Assembly: GCA_009914755.4 (NCBI GenBank)
Contig: CP068257.2
Location: 1,568,001-1,632,000 of the forward strand
Length of the DNA stretch: 64,000 nt
Origin: the human T2T-CHM13v2.0 reference genome, Homo sapiens
Direction: 5' to 3'
The translations under genes and the position numbers were made by a program. Positions 14,101 through 29,000 of this stretch are shown here, one piece after another. A model generated the notes under the pieces. It saw only the letters and a program-made list of their open reading frames with translations. It ran no database searches and was not told the DNA's origin. Within the stretch, counting starts at the first letter, position 1, and every line of letters starts with the position of its first letter.

Positions 14101-17000
14101 ACCCAAAGCTTGTATTATATACTGTACATAAAATATGAAAGTATATCAAATATATATTTTATTGTGTACATAAAATATCAAAGTACACCAGATATATATT
14201 CTATAGTGTACATAAAATAACAAAGTACACAAACTATACATTATATACTGTACATAAAATATGAAATTACATCAAATATATATTAGGTACATAAAATATG
14301 AAAGTACATCAAATATAGGTTATATACTGTACATAAAATATCAATGTACCCCAAATATATATTTTATACTATACATGAAATATCAAAGTTCACAAACCAT
14401 ATATTGTATACTGTACATAAAATATCAAAGTACCCAAGGTATATGTTCTATACTGTACAAAAAATATCAAAGTACCCAAAGCATGTATTATATACTGTAC
14501 ATAAAATATGAAAGTACATCAAATATATATTTTATTCTGTACATAAAATATCAAAGTACACCAGATATATATTCTATAGTGTACATAAAATAACAAAGTA
14601 CACAAACTATAAATTATATACTGTACATAAAATATGAAATTACATCAAATATATATTAGGTACATAAAATATGAAAGTACATCAAATATAGATTATATAC
14701 TGTACATAAAATATCAATGTACCCCAAATATATATTTTATACTCTACATGAAATACCAAAGTTCAGAAACCATATATTATATACTGTACATAAAATATCA
14801 AAGTACCCAAGGTATATATTCTATACTGTACAAAAAATATCAAAGTACCCAAAGCATGTATTATATACTGTACATAAAATATGAAAGTACATCAAATATA
14901 TATTTTATTCTGTACATAAAATATCAAAGTACACCAGATATATATTCTATAGTGTACATAAAATATCAAAGTACCCAAACTATACATTATATACTGTACA
15001 TAAAATATGAAATTACATCAAATATATATTATATTAGGTACATAAAATATGAAAGTACATCAAATATAGATTATATACTGTACATAAAATATCAAAGTAC
15101 CCCAAATATATATTATATACTCTACATGAAATATCAAAGTTCACAAACTATATATTATATACTGTACATAAAATATCAAAGTACCCAAGGTATATATTCT
15201 ATAATGTACAAAAAATATCAAAGTACCCAAAGCGTGTATTATATACTGTATATAAAATATGAAATTACATCAAATATATATTTTATTCTGTACATAAAAT
15301 ATCAAAGTACACCAGATATATATTCTATAGTGTACATAAAATATCAAAGTACCCAAACTCTACATTATATACTGTACATAAAATATGAAATTACATCAAA
15401 TATATATTATATTAGGTACATAAAATATGAAAGTACATCAAATATAGATTATATACTGTACATTAAATACCAAAGTACCCCAAATATATATTTTATACTG
15501 TACATGAAATATCAAAGTTCACAAACTATATATTATATACTGTACATAAAATATCAAAGTACCCAAGGTATATATTCTATACTGTACAAAAAATATCAAA
15601 GTACCCAAAGCATGTATTATATACTGTACCAAAAATATGAAAGTACATCAAATATATATTTTATTCTATACATAAAATATCAAAGTACACCAGATATATA
15701 TTCTATAGTGTACATAAAATATCAAAGTACCCAAAGTATACATTATATACTGTACATAAAATATGAAATTACATCAAATATATATTATATTAGGTACATA
15801 AAATATGAAAGTACATCAAATATAGATTATACACTGTACATAAAATATCAAAGTACCCCAAATATATATTATATACTCTACATGAAATATCAAACTTCAC
15901 AAACAATATATTATATACTGTACATAAAATAAAGTCCCCAAGGTATATATTCTATACTGTAGAAAAAATATCAAAGTACCCAAAGCATGTATTATATACT
16001 GTATATAAAATATGAAAGTACATCAAATATATATTTTATTCTGTACATAATATATCAAAGTACACCAGATATATATTCTATAGTGTACATAAAATAACAA
16101 AGTACAAAAACTATAAATTATATACTGTAGATAAAATATGAAATTACATCAAATATATATTAGGTACATAAAATATGAAAGTACATCAAATATAGATTAT
16201 ATACTGTACATAAAATTTCAATGTACCCCAAAAATATATTTTATACTCTACATGAAATATCAAAGTTCTCAAACCATATATTATATACTGTACATATAAT
16301 ATCAAAGTACCCAAGGTATATATTCTATACTATACAAAAAATATCAAAGTACCCAAAGCATGTATTATATACTGTACCTAAAATATGAAAGTACATCAAA
16401 TATATATTTTATTCTGTACATAAAATATCAAAGTACACCAGATATATATTCTATAGTGTACACAAAATATCAAAGTACCCAAACTATACATTATATACAG
16501 TACATAAAATATGAAATTACATCAAATATATTTTATATTAGGTACATAAAATATGAAAGTACATCAAATATAGATTATACACTGTACATTAAATACCAAA
16601 GTACCCCAAATATATATTTTATACTGTACATGAAATATCAAACTTCACAAATTATATATTATATAGTGTACATATAATATCAAAGTACCCAAGGTATATA
16701 TTCTATACTATACAAAAAATAACAAAGTACCAAAAGCATCTATAATATACTGTACATAAAATATGAAAGGACATCAAATATATATTTTATTGTGTACATA
16801 AAATATCAAAGTACACCAGATATATATTCTATAGTGTACATAAAATATCAAAGTACCCAAACTATACATTATATACTGTAAATAAAATATGAAATTACAT
16901 CAAATATATTTTATATTAGGTACATAAAATATGAAAGTACATCAAATATAGATTATATACTGTACATTAAATACCAAAGTACCCCAAATATATATTTTAT
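7061..17000. repeat. Super-repeat of about 3.39 kb (nine HORs) present in three tandem copies (about 7.06-10.44, 10.44-13.83 and 13.83-17.0 kb, the last diverging toward its end).
   Basis: Near-identical artefact ORFs recur at 3383 to 3386-bp offsets: 7492→10875→14261, 7865→11248→14634, 9591→12977→16360 and 10616→14002. Rare variants are shared only at these offsets ('SNIGYILY', 'MKYESSQTIYYMLYINY', 'IVYTKYQ…NIFY'). The 'tgtaaataaaatatcacag…' marker lies at about 7061, 10444 and 13832. Confidence 0.82.
7494..7866 (+). repeat. Example of the 373-bp (type B) HOR variant. Monomer i is 37 bp because of a 5-bp deletion (…atatatattaggtac… instead of …atatatattatattaggtac…). The preceding monomer h is usually the variant …aaaataacaaagtacacaaactataaatta…, which contains TAA.
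   Basis: The ORF starts at 7492 and 7865 (both MKLHQIYIRYIKY…) are exactly 373 bp apart. The same 373-bp spacing occurs at 10875/11248, 14261/14634, 33024/33397, 35654/36027, 46227/46600/46973/47346, 49979/50352 and 53369/53742. Confidence 0.88.
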
Positions 17001-20000
17001 ACTGTACATGAAATATCAAAGTTCACAAACCATATATTATATACTGTACATAAATTATCAAAGTACCCAAGGTATATATTCTATACTGTACAAAAAATAT
17101 CAAAGTACCCAAAGCATGTATTATATACAGTACATAAAATATGAAAGTACATCAAATATATATTTTATTCTGTACATAAAATATCAAAGAACACCAGATA
17201 TATATTCTATAGTGTACATAAAATAACAAAGTACACAAACTATAAATTATATACTGTACATAAAATATGAAATTACATCAAATATATATTAGGTACATAA
17301 AATATGAAAGTACATCAAATATAGATTATATACTGTACATAAAATATCAATGTACCCCAAATATATATTTTATACTCTACATGAAATACCAAAGTTCACA
17401 AACCATATATCATATACTGTACATAAAATATCAAAGTACCCAAGGTATATATTCTATACTGTACAAAAAATATCAAAGTACCCAAAGCATGTATTATATA
17501 CTGTACCTAAAATATGAAAGTACATCAAATATATATTTTATTCTGTACATAAAATATCAAAGTAAACCAGATATATATTCTATAGTGTACATAAAATATC
17601 AAAGTACCCAAACTATACATTATATACTGTACATAAAATATGAGATTACATCAAATATATATTATATTAGGTACATAAAATATGAAAGTACATCAAATAT
17701 AGATTATACACTGTACATAAAATATCAAAGTACCCCAAATATATATTATATACTCTACATGAAATATCAAAGTTCACAAACTATATATTATATACTGTAC
17801 ATAAAATAAAGTCCCCAAGGTAAATATTCTATACTGTAGAAAAAATATCAAAATACCCAAAGCATGTATTATATACTGTATATAAAATATGAAAGTACAT
17901 CAAATGTATATTTTATTCTGTACATAATATATCAAAGTACACCAGATATATATTCTATAGTGTACATAAAATAACAAAGTACAAAAACTATAAATTATAT
18001 ACTGTACATAAAATATGAAATTACATCAAATATATATTAGGTACATAAAATATGAAAGTACATCAAATATAGATTATATACTGTACATAAAATTTCAATG
18101 TACCCCAAATATATATTTTATACTCTACATGAAATATCAAAGTTCACAAACCATATATTATATACTGTACATAAAATATCAAAGTACCCAAGGTATATAT
18201 TCTATACTATACAAAAAATATCAAAGTACCCAAAGCATGTATTATATACTGTACCTAAAATATGAAAGTACATCAAATATATATTTTATTCTGTACATAA
18301 AATATCAAAGTACACCAGATATATATTCTATAGTGTACATAAAATATCAAAGTACCCAAACTATACATTATATACTGTACATAAAATATGAAATTACATC
18401 CAATATATTTTATATTAGGTACATAAAATATGAAAGTACATCAAATATAGATTATATACTGTACATTAAATACCAAAGTACCCCAAATATATATTTTATA
18501 CTGTACATGAAATATCAAAGTTCACAAACTATATATTATATACTGTACATATAATATCAAAGTACCCAAGGTATATATTCTATACTGTACAAAAAATAAC
18601 AAAGTACCAAAAGCATGTATAATATACTGTACATAAAATATGAAAGTACATCAAATATATATTTTATTCTGTACATAAAATATCAAAGTACAACAGATAT
18701 ATATTCTATACTGTACATAAAATATCAAAGTACCCAAACTATACATTATATACTGTAAATAAAATATGAAATTACATCAAATATATTTTATATTAGGTAC
18801 ATAAAATATGAAAGTACATCAAATATAGATTATATACTGTACATTAAATACCAAAGTACCCCAAATATATATTTTATACTGTACATGAAATATCAAAGTT
18901 CACAAACTATATATTATATACTGTACATAAATTATCAAAGTACCCAAGGTGTATATTCTATACTGTACAAAAAATATCAAAGTACCCAAAGCATGTATTA
19001 TATACTGTACATAAAATATGAAAGTACATCAAATATATATTTTATTCTGTACATAATATATCAAAGTACACCAGATATATATTCTATAGTGTACATAAAA
19101 TAACAAAGTACACAAACTATACATTATATACTGTACATAAAATATGAAATTACATCAAATATATATTAGATACATAAAATATGAAAGTACATCAAATATA
19201 GATTATATACTGTACATAAAATATCAATGTACCCCAAATATATATTTTATACTATACATGAAATATCAAAGTTCACAAACCATATATTGTGTACTGTACA
19301 TAAAATATCAAAGTACCCAAGGTATATGTTCTATACTGTACAAAAAATATCAAAGTACCCAAAGCATGTATTATATACTGTACATAAAATATGAAGGTAC
19401 ATCAAATATATATTTTATTCCGTTCATAAAATATCAAAGTACACCAGATATATATTCTATAGTGTACATAAAATATCAAAGTACACAAACTATACATTAT
19501 ATACTCTACATAAAATATGAAATTACATCAAATATATATTATATTAGGTACATAAAATATGAAAGTACATCAAATATAGATTATATACTGTACATTAAAT
19601 ACCAAAGTACCCCAAATATATATTTTATACTGTACATGAAATATCAAAGTTCACAAACTATATATTACATACTGTACATAAAATATCAAAGTACCCAAGG
19701 TATATATTCTATACTGTACAAAAAATATCAAAGTACCCAAAGCATGTATTATATACTGTACATAAAATATGAAATTACATCAAATATATATTTTATTCTG
19801 TACATAAAATATCAAAGTACACCAGATATATATTCTATAGTGTACATAAAATATCAAAGTACCCAAACTATACATTATATACTGTACATAAAATATGAAA
19901 TTACATCAAATATTTATTATATTAGGTACATAAAATATGAAAGTACATCAAAGATAGATTATATACTGTACATTAAATACCAAAGTACCCCAAATATATA

Positions 20001-23000
20001 TTTTATACTGTACATGAAATATCAAAGTTCACAAACTATATATTATATACTGTACATAAAATATCAAAGTACCCAAGGTATATATTCTATACTGTACAAA
20101 AAATATCAAAGTACCCAAAGTATGTATTATATACTGTACCTAAAATATGAAAGTACATCAAATATATATTTTATTCTGTACATAAAATATCAAAGTACAC
20201 CAGATATATATTCTATAGTGTACATAAAATATCAAAGTACCCAAACTATACATTATATACTGTACATAAAATATGAAATTACATCAAATATATATTATAT
20301 TAGGTACATAAAATATGAAAGTACATCAAGTATAGATTATACACTGTACATAAAATATCAAAGTACCCCAAATATATATTATATACTCTACATGAAATAT
20401 CAAAGTTCACAAACTATATATTATCTACTGTACATAAAATATCAAAGTACCCAAGGTATATATTCTATACTGTAGAAAAAATATCAAAGTACCCAAAGAA
20501 TGTATTATATACTGTACATAAAATATGAAATTACATCAAATATATATTTTATTCTGTACATAAAATATCAAAGTACACCAGATATATATTCTATAGTGTA
20601 CATAAAATATCAAAGTACCCAAACTATACATTATATACTGTACATAAAATATGAAATTACATCAAATATTTATTATATTAGGTACATAAAATATGAAAGT
20701 ACATCAAATATAGATTATATACTGTACATTAAATACCAAAGTACCCCAAATATATATTTTATACTGTACATGAAATATCAAAGTTCACAAACTATATATT
20801 ATATACTGTACATAAAATATCAAAGTACCCAAGGTATATATTCTATACTGTACAAAAAATATCAAAGTACCCAAAGCATGTATTATATACTGTACCTAAA
20901 ATATGAAAGTACATCAAATATATATTTTATTCTGTACATAAAATATCAAAGTACACCAGATATATATTCTATAGTGTACATAAAATATCAATGTACCCAA
21001 ACAATACATTATATACTGTACATAAAATATGAAATTACATCAAATATATTTTATATTAGGTACATAAAATATGAAAGTACATCAAATATAGATTATACAC
21101 TGTACATAAAATATCAAAGTACCCCAAATATATATTATATACTCTACATGAAATATCAAAGTTCACAAACTATATATTATATACTGTACATAAAATAAAG
21201 TCCCCAAGGTATATATTCTATACTGTAGAAAAAATATCAAAGTACCCAAAGCATGTATTATATACTGTATATAAAATATGAAAGTACATCAAATATATAT
21301 TTTATTCTGTACATAATATATCAAAGTACACCAGATATATATTCTATAGTGTACATAAAATATCAAAGTACCCAAACTATACATTATATACTGTACATAA
21401 AATATGAAATTACATCAAATATATATTATATTAGGTACATAAAATATGAAAGTACATCAAATATAGATTATATACTGTACATTAAATACCAAAGTACCCC
21501 AAATATATACTTTATACTGTACATGAAATATCAAAGTTCACAAACTATATATTATATACTGTACATAAAATATCAAAGTACCCAAGGTATATATTCTATA
21601 CTGTACAAAAAATATCAAAGTACCCAAAGCATGTATTATATACTGTACCTAAAATATGAAAGTACATCAAATATATATTTTATTCTGTACATAAAATATC
21701 AAAGTACACCAGATATATATTCTATAGTGTACATAAAATATCAAAGTACCCAAACTATACATTATATACTGTACATAAAATATGAAATTACATCAAATAT
21801 ATATTATATTAGGTACATAAAATATGAAAGTACATCAAATATAGATTATACACTGTACATAAAATATCAAAGTACCCCAAATATATATTATATACTCTAC
21901 ATGAAATATCAAAGTTCACAAACTATATATTATATACTGTACATAAAATAAAGTCCCCAAGGTATATATTCTATACTGTAGAAAAAATATCAAAGTACCC
22001 AAAGCATGTATTATATACTGTATATAAAATATGAAAGTACATCAAATATATATTTTATTCTGTACATAATATATCAAAGTACACCAGATATATATTCTAT
22101 AGTGTACATAAAATAACAAAGTACAAAAACTATAAATTTTATACTGTACATAAAATATGAAATTACATCAAATATATATTAGGTACATAAAATATGAAAG
22201 TACATCAAATATAGATTATATACTGTACATAAAATTTCAATGTACCCCAAATATATATTTTATACTCGACATGAAATATCAAAGTTCACAAACCATATAA
22301 TATATACTGTACATAAAATATCAAAGTACCCAAGGTATATATTCTATAATGTACAAAAAATATCAAAGTACCCAAAGCATGTATTATATACTGTACATAA
22401 AATATGAAATTACATCAAATATATATTTTATTCTGTACATAAAATATCAAAGTACACCAGATATATATTCTATAGTGTACATAAAATATCAAAGTACCCA
22501 AACTATACATTATATACTGTACATAAAATATGAAATTACATCAAATATTTATTATATTAGGTACATAAAATATGAAAGTACATCAAATATAGATTATATA
22601 CTGTACATTAAATACCAAAGTAACCCAAATATATATTTTATACTGTACATGAAATATCAAAGTTCACAAACTATATATTATATACTGTACATAAAATATC
22701 AAAGTACCCAAGGTATATATTCTATACTGTACAAAAAATATCAAAGTACCCAAAGCATGTATTATATACTGTACCTAAAATATGAAAGTACATCAAATAT
22801 ATATTTTATTCTGTATATAAAATATCAAAGTACACCAGATATATATTCTATAGTGTACATAAAATATCAAAGTACCCAAACTATACATTATATACTGTAC
22901 ATAAAATATGAAATTACATCAAATATATATTATATTAGGTACATAAAATATGAAAGTACATCAAATATAGATTATACACTGTACATAAAATATCAAAGTA

Positions 23001-26000
23001 CCCCAAATATATATTATATACTATACATGAAATATCAAAGTTCACAAACTATATATTATATACTGTACATAAAATATCAAAGTACCCAAGGTATATATTC
23101 TATACTGTAGAAAAAATATCAAAGTACCCAAAGCATGTATTATATACTGTACATAAAATATGAAATTACATCAAATATATATATTATTCTGTACATAAAA
23201 TATCAAAGTACACCAGATATATATTCTATAGTGTACATAAAATAACAAAGTACAAAAACTATAAATTATATACTGTACATAAAATATGAAATTACATCAA
23301 ATATATATTAGGTACATAAAATATGAAAGTACATCAAATATAGATTATATACTATACATAAAATTTCAATGTACCCCAAATATATATTTTATACTCTACA
23401 TGAAATATCAAAGTTCACAAACCATATATTATATACTGTACATAAAATATCAAAATACCCAAGGTATATATTCTATAATGTACAAAAAATATCAAAGTAC
23501 CCAAAGCGTGTATTATATACTGTATATAAAATATGAAATTACATCAAATATATATTTTATTCTGTACATAAAATATCAAAGTACACCAGATATATATTCT
23601 ATAGTGTACATAAAATATCAAAGTACCCAAACTATACATTATATACTGTACATAAAATATGAAATTACATCAAATATTTATTATATTAGGTACATAAAAT
23701 ATGAAAGTACATCAAATATAGATTATATACTGTACATTAAATACCAAAGTACCCCAAATATATATTTTATACTGTACATGAAATATCAAAGTTCACAAAC
23801 TATATATTATATACTGTACATAAAATATCAAAGTACCCAAGGTATATATTCTATACTGTACAAAAAATATCAAAGTACCCAAAGCATGTATTATATACTG
23901 TACCTAAAATATGAAAGTACATCAAATATATATTTTATTCTGTACATAAAATATCAAAGTACACCAGATATATATTCTATAGTGTACATAAAATATCAAT
24001 GTACCCAAACTATACATTATATACTGTACATAAAATATGAAATTACATCAAATATATTTTATATTAGGTACATAAAATATGAAAGTACATCAAATATAGA
24101 TTATATACTGTACATTAAATACCAAAGTACCCCAAATATATATTTTATACTGTACATGAAATATCAAAGTTCACAAACTATATATTATATACTGTACATA
24201 TAATATCAAAGTACCCAAGGTATATATTCTATACTGTACAAAAAATAACAAAGTACCAAAAGCATGTATAATATACTGTACATAAAATATGAAAGTACAT
24301 CAAATATATATTTTATTCTGTACATAAAATATCAAAGTACACCAGATATATATTCTATAGTGTACATAAAATATCAAAGTACCCAAACTATACATTATAT
24401 ACTGTACATAAAATATGAAATTACATCAAATATATATTATATTATGTACATAAAATATGAAAGTACATCAAATATAGATTATATACTGTACATTAAATAC
24501 CAAAGTACCCCAAATATATATTTTATACTGTACATGAAATATCAAAGTTCACAAACTATATATTATATACTCTACATAAATTATCAAAGTACCCAAAGTA
24601 TATATTCTATACTGTACAAAAAATATCAAAGTACCCAAAGCATGTATTATATACTGTACATAAAATATGAAAGTACATCAAATATATATTTTATTCTGTA
24701 CATAATATATCAAAGTACACCAGATATATATTCTATAGTGTACATAAAATAACAAAGTACACAAACTACACATTATATACTGTACATAAAATATGAAATT
24801 ACATCAAATATATATTAGGTACATAAAATATGAAAGTACATCAAATATAGATTATATACTGTACATAAAATATCAATGTACCCCAAATATATATTTTATA
24901 CTATACATGAAATATCAAAGTTCACAAACCATATATTGTATACTGTACATAAAATATCAAAGTACCCAAGGTATATGTTCTATACTGTACAAAAAATATC
25001 AAAGTACCCAAAGCATGTATTATATACTGTACATAAAATATGAAAGTACATCAAATATATATTTTATTCCGTACATAAAATAGGAAAGTACACCAGATAT
25101 ATATTCTATAGAGTACATAAAATATCAAAGTACACAAACTATACATTATATACTGTACATAAAATATGAAATTACATCAAATATATATTATATAAGGTAC
25201 ATAAAATATGAAAGAATATCAAATATAGATTATATACAGTACATTAAATACCAAAGAAACCCAAATATATATTATATACTCTACATGAAATATCAAAGTT
25301 CACAAACTATATATTATATACTGTACATAAAATATCAAAGTACCCAAGGTATATATTCTATACTGTACAGAAAATATCAAAGTACCCAAAGCATGAATTA
25401 TATACTGTATATAAAATATGAAAGTACATCAAATATATATTTTATTCTGTACATAAAATATCAAAGTACACCAGATATATATTCTATAGTGTACATAAAA
25501 TAACAAAGTACAAAAACTATAAATTATATACTGTACATAAAATATGAAATTACATCAAATATATATTAGGTACATAAAATATGAAAGTACATCAAATATA
25601 GATTATATACTGTACATAAAATATCAATGTACCCCAAATATATATTTTATACTCGACATGAAATATCAAAGTTCACAAACCATATAATATATACTGTACA
25701 TAAAATATCAAAGTACCCAAGGTATATATTCTATAGTGTACAAAAAATATCAAAGTACCCAAAGCATGTATTATATACTGTACATAAAATATGAAAGTAC
25801 ATCAAATATATATTTTATTCTGTACATAAAATATCAAAGTACACCAGATATATATTCTATAGTGTACATAAAATATCAAAGTACCCAAACTATACATTAT
25901 ATACTATACATAAAATATGAAATTACATCAAATATATATTATATTAGGTACAAAAAATATGAAAGTACATCAAATATAGATTATATACTGTACATTAAAT

Positions 26001-29000
26001 ACCAAAGTACCCCAAATATATATTTCATACTGTACAAGAAATATCAAAGTTCACAAACTATATATTATATACTGTACATAAAATATCAAAGTACCTAAGG
26101 TATATATTCTATACTGTACAAAAAATATCAAAGTACCCAAAGCAAGTATTATATACTGTACCTAAAGTATGAAAGTACATCAAATATATATTTTATTCTG
26201 TACATAAAATATCAAAGTACACCAGATATATATTCTATAGTGTACATAAAATATCAAAGTACCCAAACTATACATTATATACTGTACATAAAATATGAAA
26301 TTACATCAAATATATATTATATTAGGTACATAAAATATGAAAGTTCATCAAATATAGATTATACACTGTACATAAAACATCAAAGTACCCCAAATATATA
26401 TTATATACTCTACATGAAATATCAAAGTTCACAAACTATATATTATATACTGTACATAAAATAAAGTCCCCAAGGTATATATTCTATACTGTAGAAAAAA
26501 TATCAAAGTACCCAAAGCATGTATTATATACTGTATATAAAATATGAAAGTACATCAAATATATATTTTATTCTGTACATAATATATCAAAGTACACCAG
26601 ATATATATTCTATAGTGTACATAAAATAACAAAGTACAAAAACTATAAATTAATATACTCTACATAAAATATGAAAGTACATCAAATATAGATTATATAC
26701 TGTACATAAAATTTCAATGTACCCCAAATATATATTTTATACTCTACATGAAATATCAAAGTTCACAAACCATATATTATATACTGTACATAAAATATCA
26801 AAGTACCCAAGGTATATATTCTATACTATACAAAAAATATCAAAGTACCCAAAGCATGTATTATATACTGTACCTAAAATATGAAAGTACATCAAATATA
26901 TATTTTATTCTGTACATAAAATATCAAAGTACACCAGATATATATTCTACAGTGTACATAAAATATCAAAGTACCCAAACTATACATTATATACTGTAAA
27001 TAAAATATGAAATTACATCAAATATATTTTATATTAGGTACATAAAATATGAAAGTACATCAAATATAGATTATATACTGTACATTAAATACCAAAGTAC
27101 CCCAAATATATATTTTATACTGTACATGAAATATCAAAGTTCACAAACTATATATTATATACTGTACATAAATTATCAAAGTACCCAAGGTATATATTCT
27201 ATACTGTACAAAAAATATCAAAGTACCCAAAGCATGTATTATATACTGTACATAAAATATGAAAGTACATCAAATATATATTTTATTCTGTACATAATAT
27301 ATCAAAGTACACCAGATATATATTCTACAGTGTACATAAAATAACAAAGTACACAAACTATACATTATATACTGTACATAAAATATGAAATTACATCAAA
27401 TATATATTAGGTACATAAAATATGAAAGTACATCAAATATAGATTATATACTGTACATAAAATATCAATGTACCCCAAATATATATTTTATACTATACAT
27501 GAAATATCAAAGTTCACAAACCATATATTGTGTACTGTACATAAAATATCAAAGTACCCAAGGTATATGTTCTATACTGTACAAAAAATATCAAAGTACC
27601 CAAAGCATGTATTATATACTGTACATAAAATATGAAAGTACATCAAATATATATTTTATTCCGTACATAAAATATCAAAGTACACCAGATATATATTCTA
27701 TAGTGTACATAAAATATCAAAGTACACAAACTATACATTATATACTCTACATAAAATATGAAATTACATCAAATATATATTATATTAGGTACATAAAATA
27801 TGAAAGTACATCAAATATAGATTATATACTGTACATTAAATACCAAAGTACCCCAAATATATATTTTATACTGTACATGAAATATCAAAGTTCACAAACT
27901 ATATATTACATACTGTACATAAAATATCAAAGTACCCAAGGTATATATTCTATACTGTACAAAAAATATCAAAGTACCCAAAGCATGTATTATATACTGT
28001 ACCTAAAATATGAAAGTACATCAAATATATATTTTATTCTGTACATAAAATATGAAAGTACACCAGATATATATTTTATAGTGTACATAAAATATCAAAG
28101 TACCCAAACTATACATTATATACTGTACATAAAATATGAAATTACATCAAATATATATTATATTAGGTACATAAAATATGAAAGTACATCAAATATAGAT
28201 TATACACTGTACATAAAATATCAAAGTACCCCAAATATATATTATATACTCTACATGAAATATCAAAGTTCACAAACTATATATTATATACTGTACATAA
28301 AATAAAGTCCCCAAGGTATATATTCTATACTGTAGAAAAAATATCAAAGTACCCAAAGCATGTATTATATACTGTATATAAAATATGAAAGTACATCAAA
28401 TATATATTTTATTCTGTACATAATATATCAAAGTACACCAGATATATATTCTATAGTGTACATAAAATAACAAAGTACAAAAACTATAAATTATATACTG
28501 TACATAAAATATGAAATTACATCAAATATATATTAGGTACATAAAATATGAAAGTACATCAAATATAGATTATATACTGTACATAAAATTTCAATGTACC
28601 CCAAATATATATTTTATACTCGACATGAAATATCAAAGTTCACAAACCATATAATATATACTGTACATAAAATATCAAAGTACCCAAGGTATATATTCTA
28701 TAATGTACAAAAAATATCAAAGTACCCAAAGCATGTATTATATACTGTACATAAAATATGAAATTACATCAAATATATATTTTATTCTGTACATAAAATA
28801 TCAAAGTACACCAGATATATATTCTATAGTGTACATAAAATATCAAAGTACCCAAACTATACATTATATACTGTACATAAAATATGAAATTACATCAAAT
28901 ATTTATTATATTAGGTACATAAAATATGAAAGTACATCAAATATAGATTATATACTGTACATTAAATACCAATGTACCCCAAATATATATTTTATACTGT

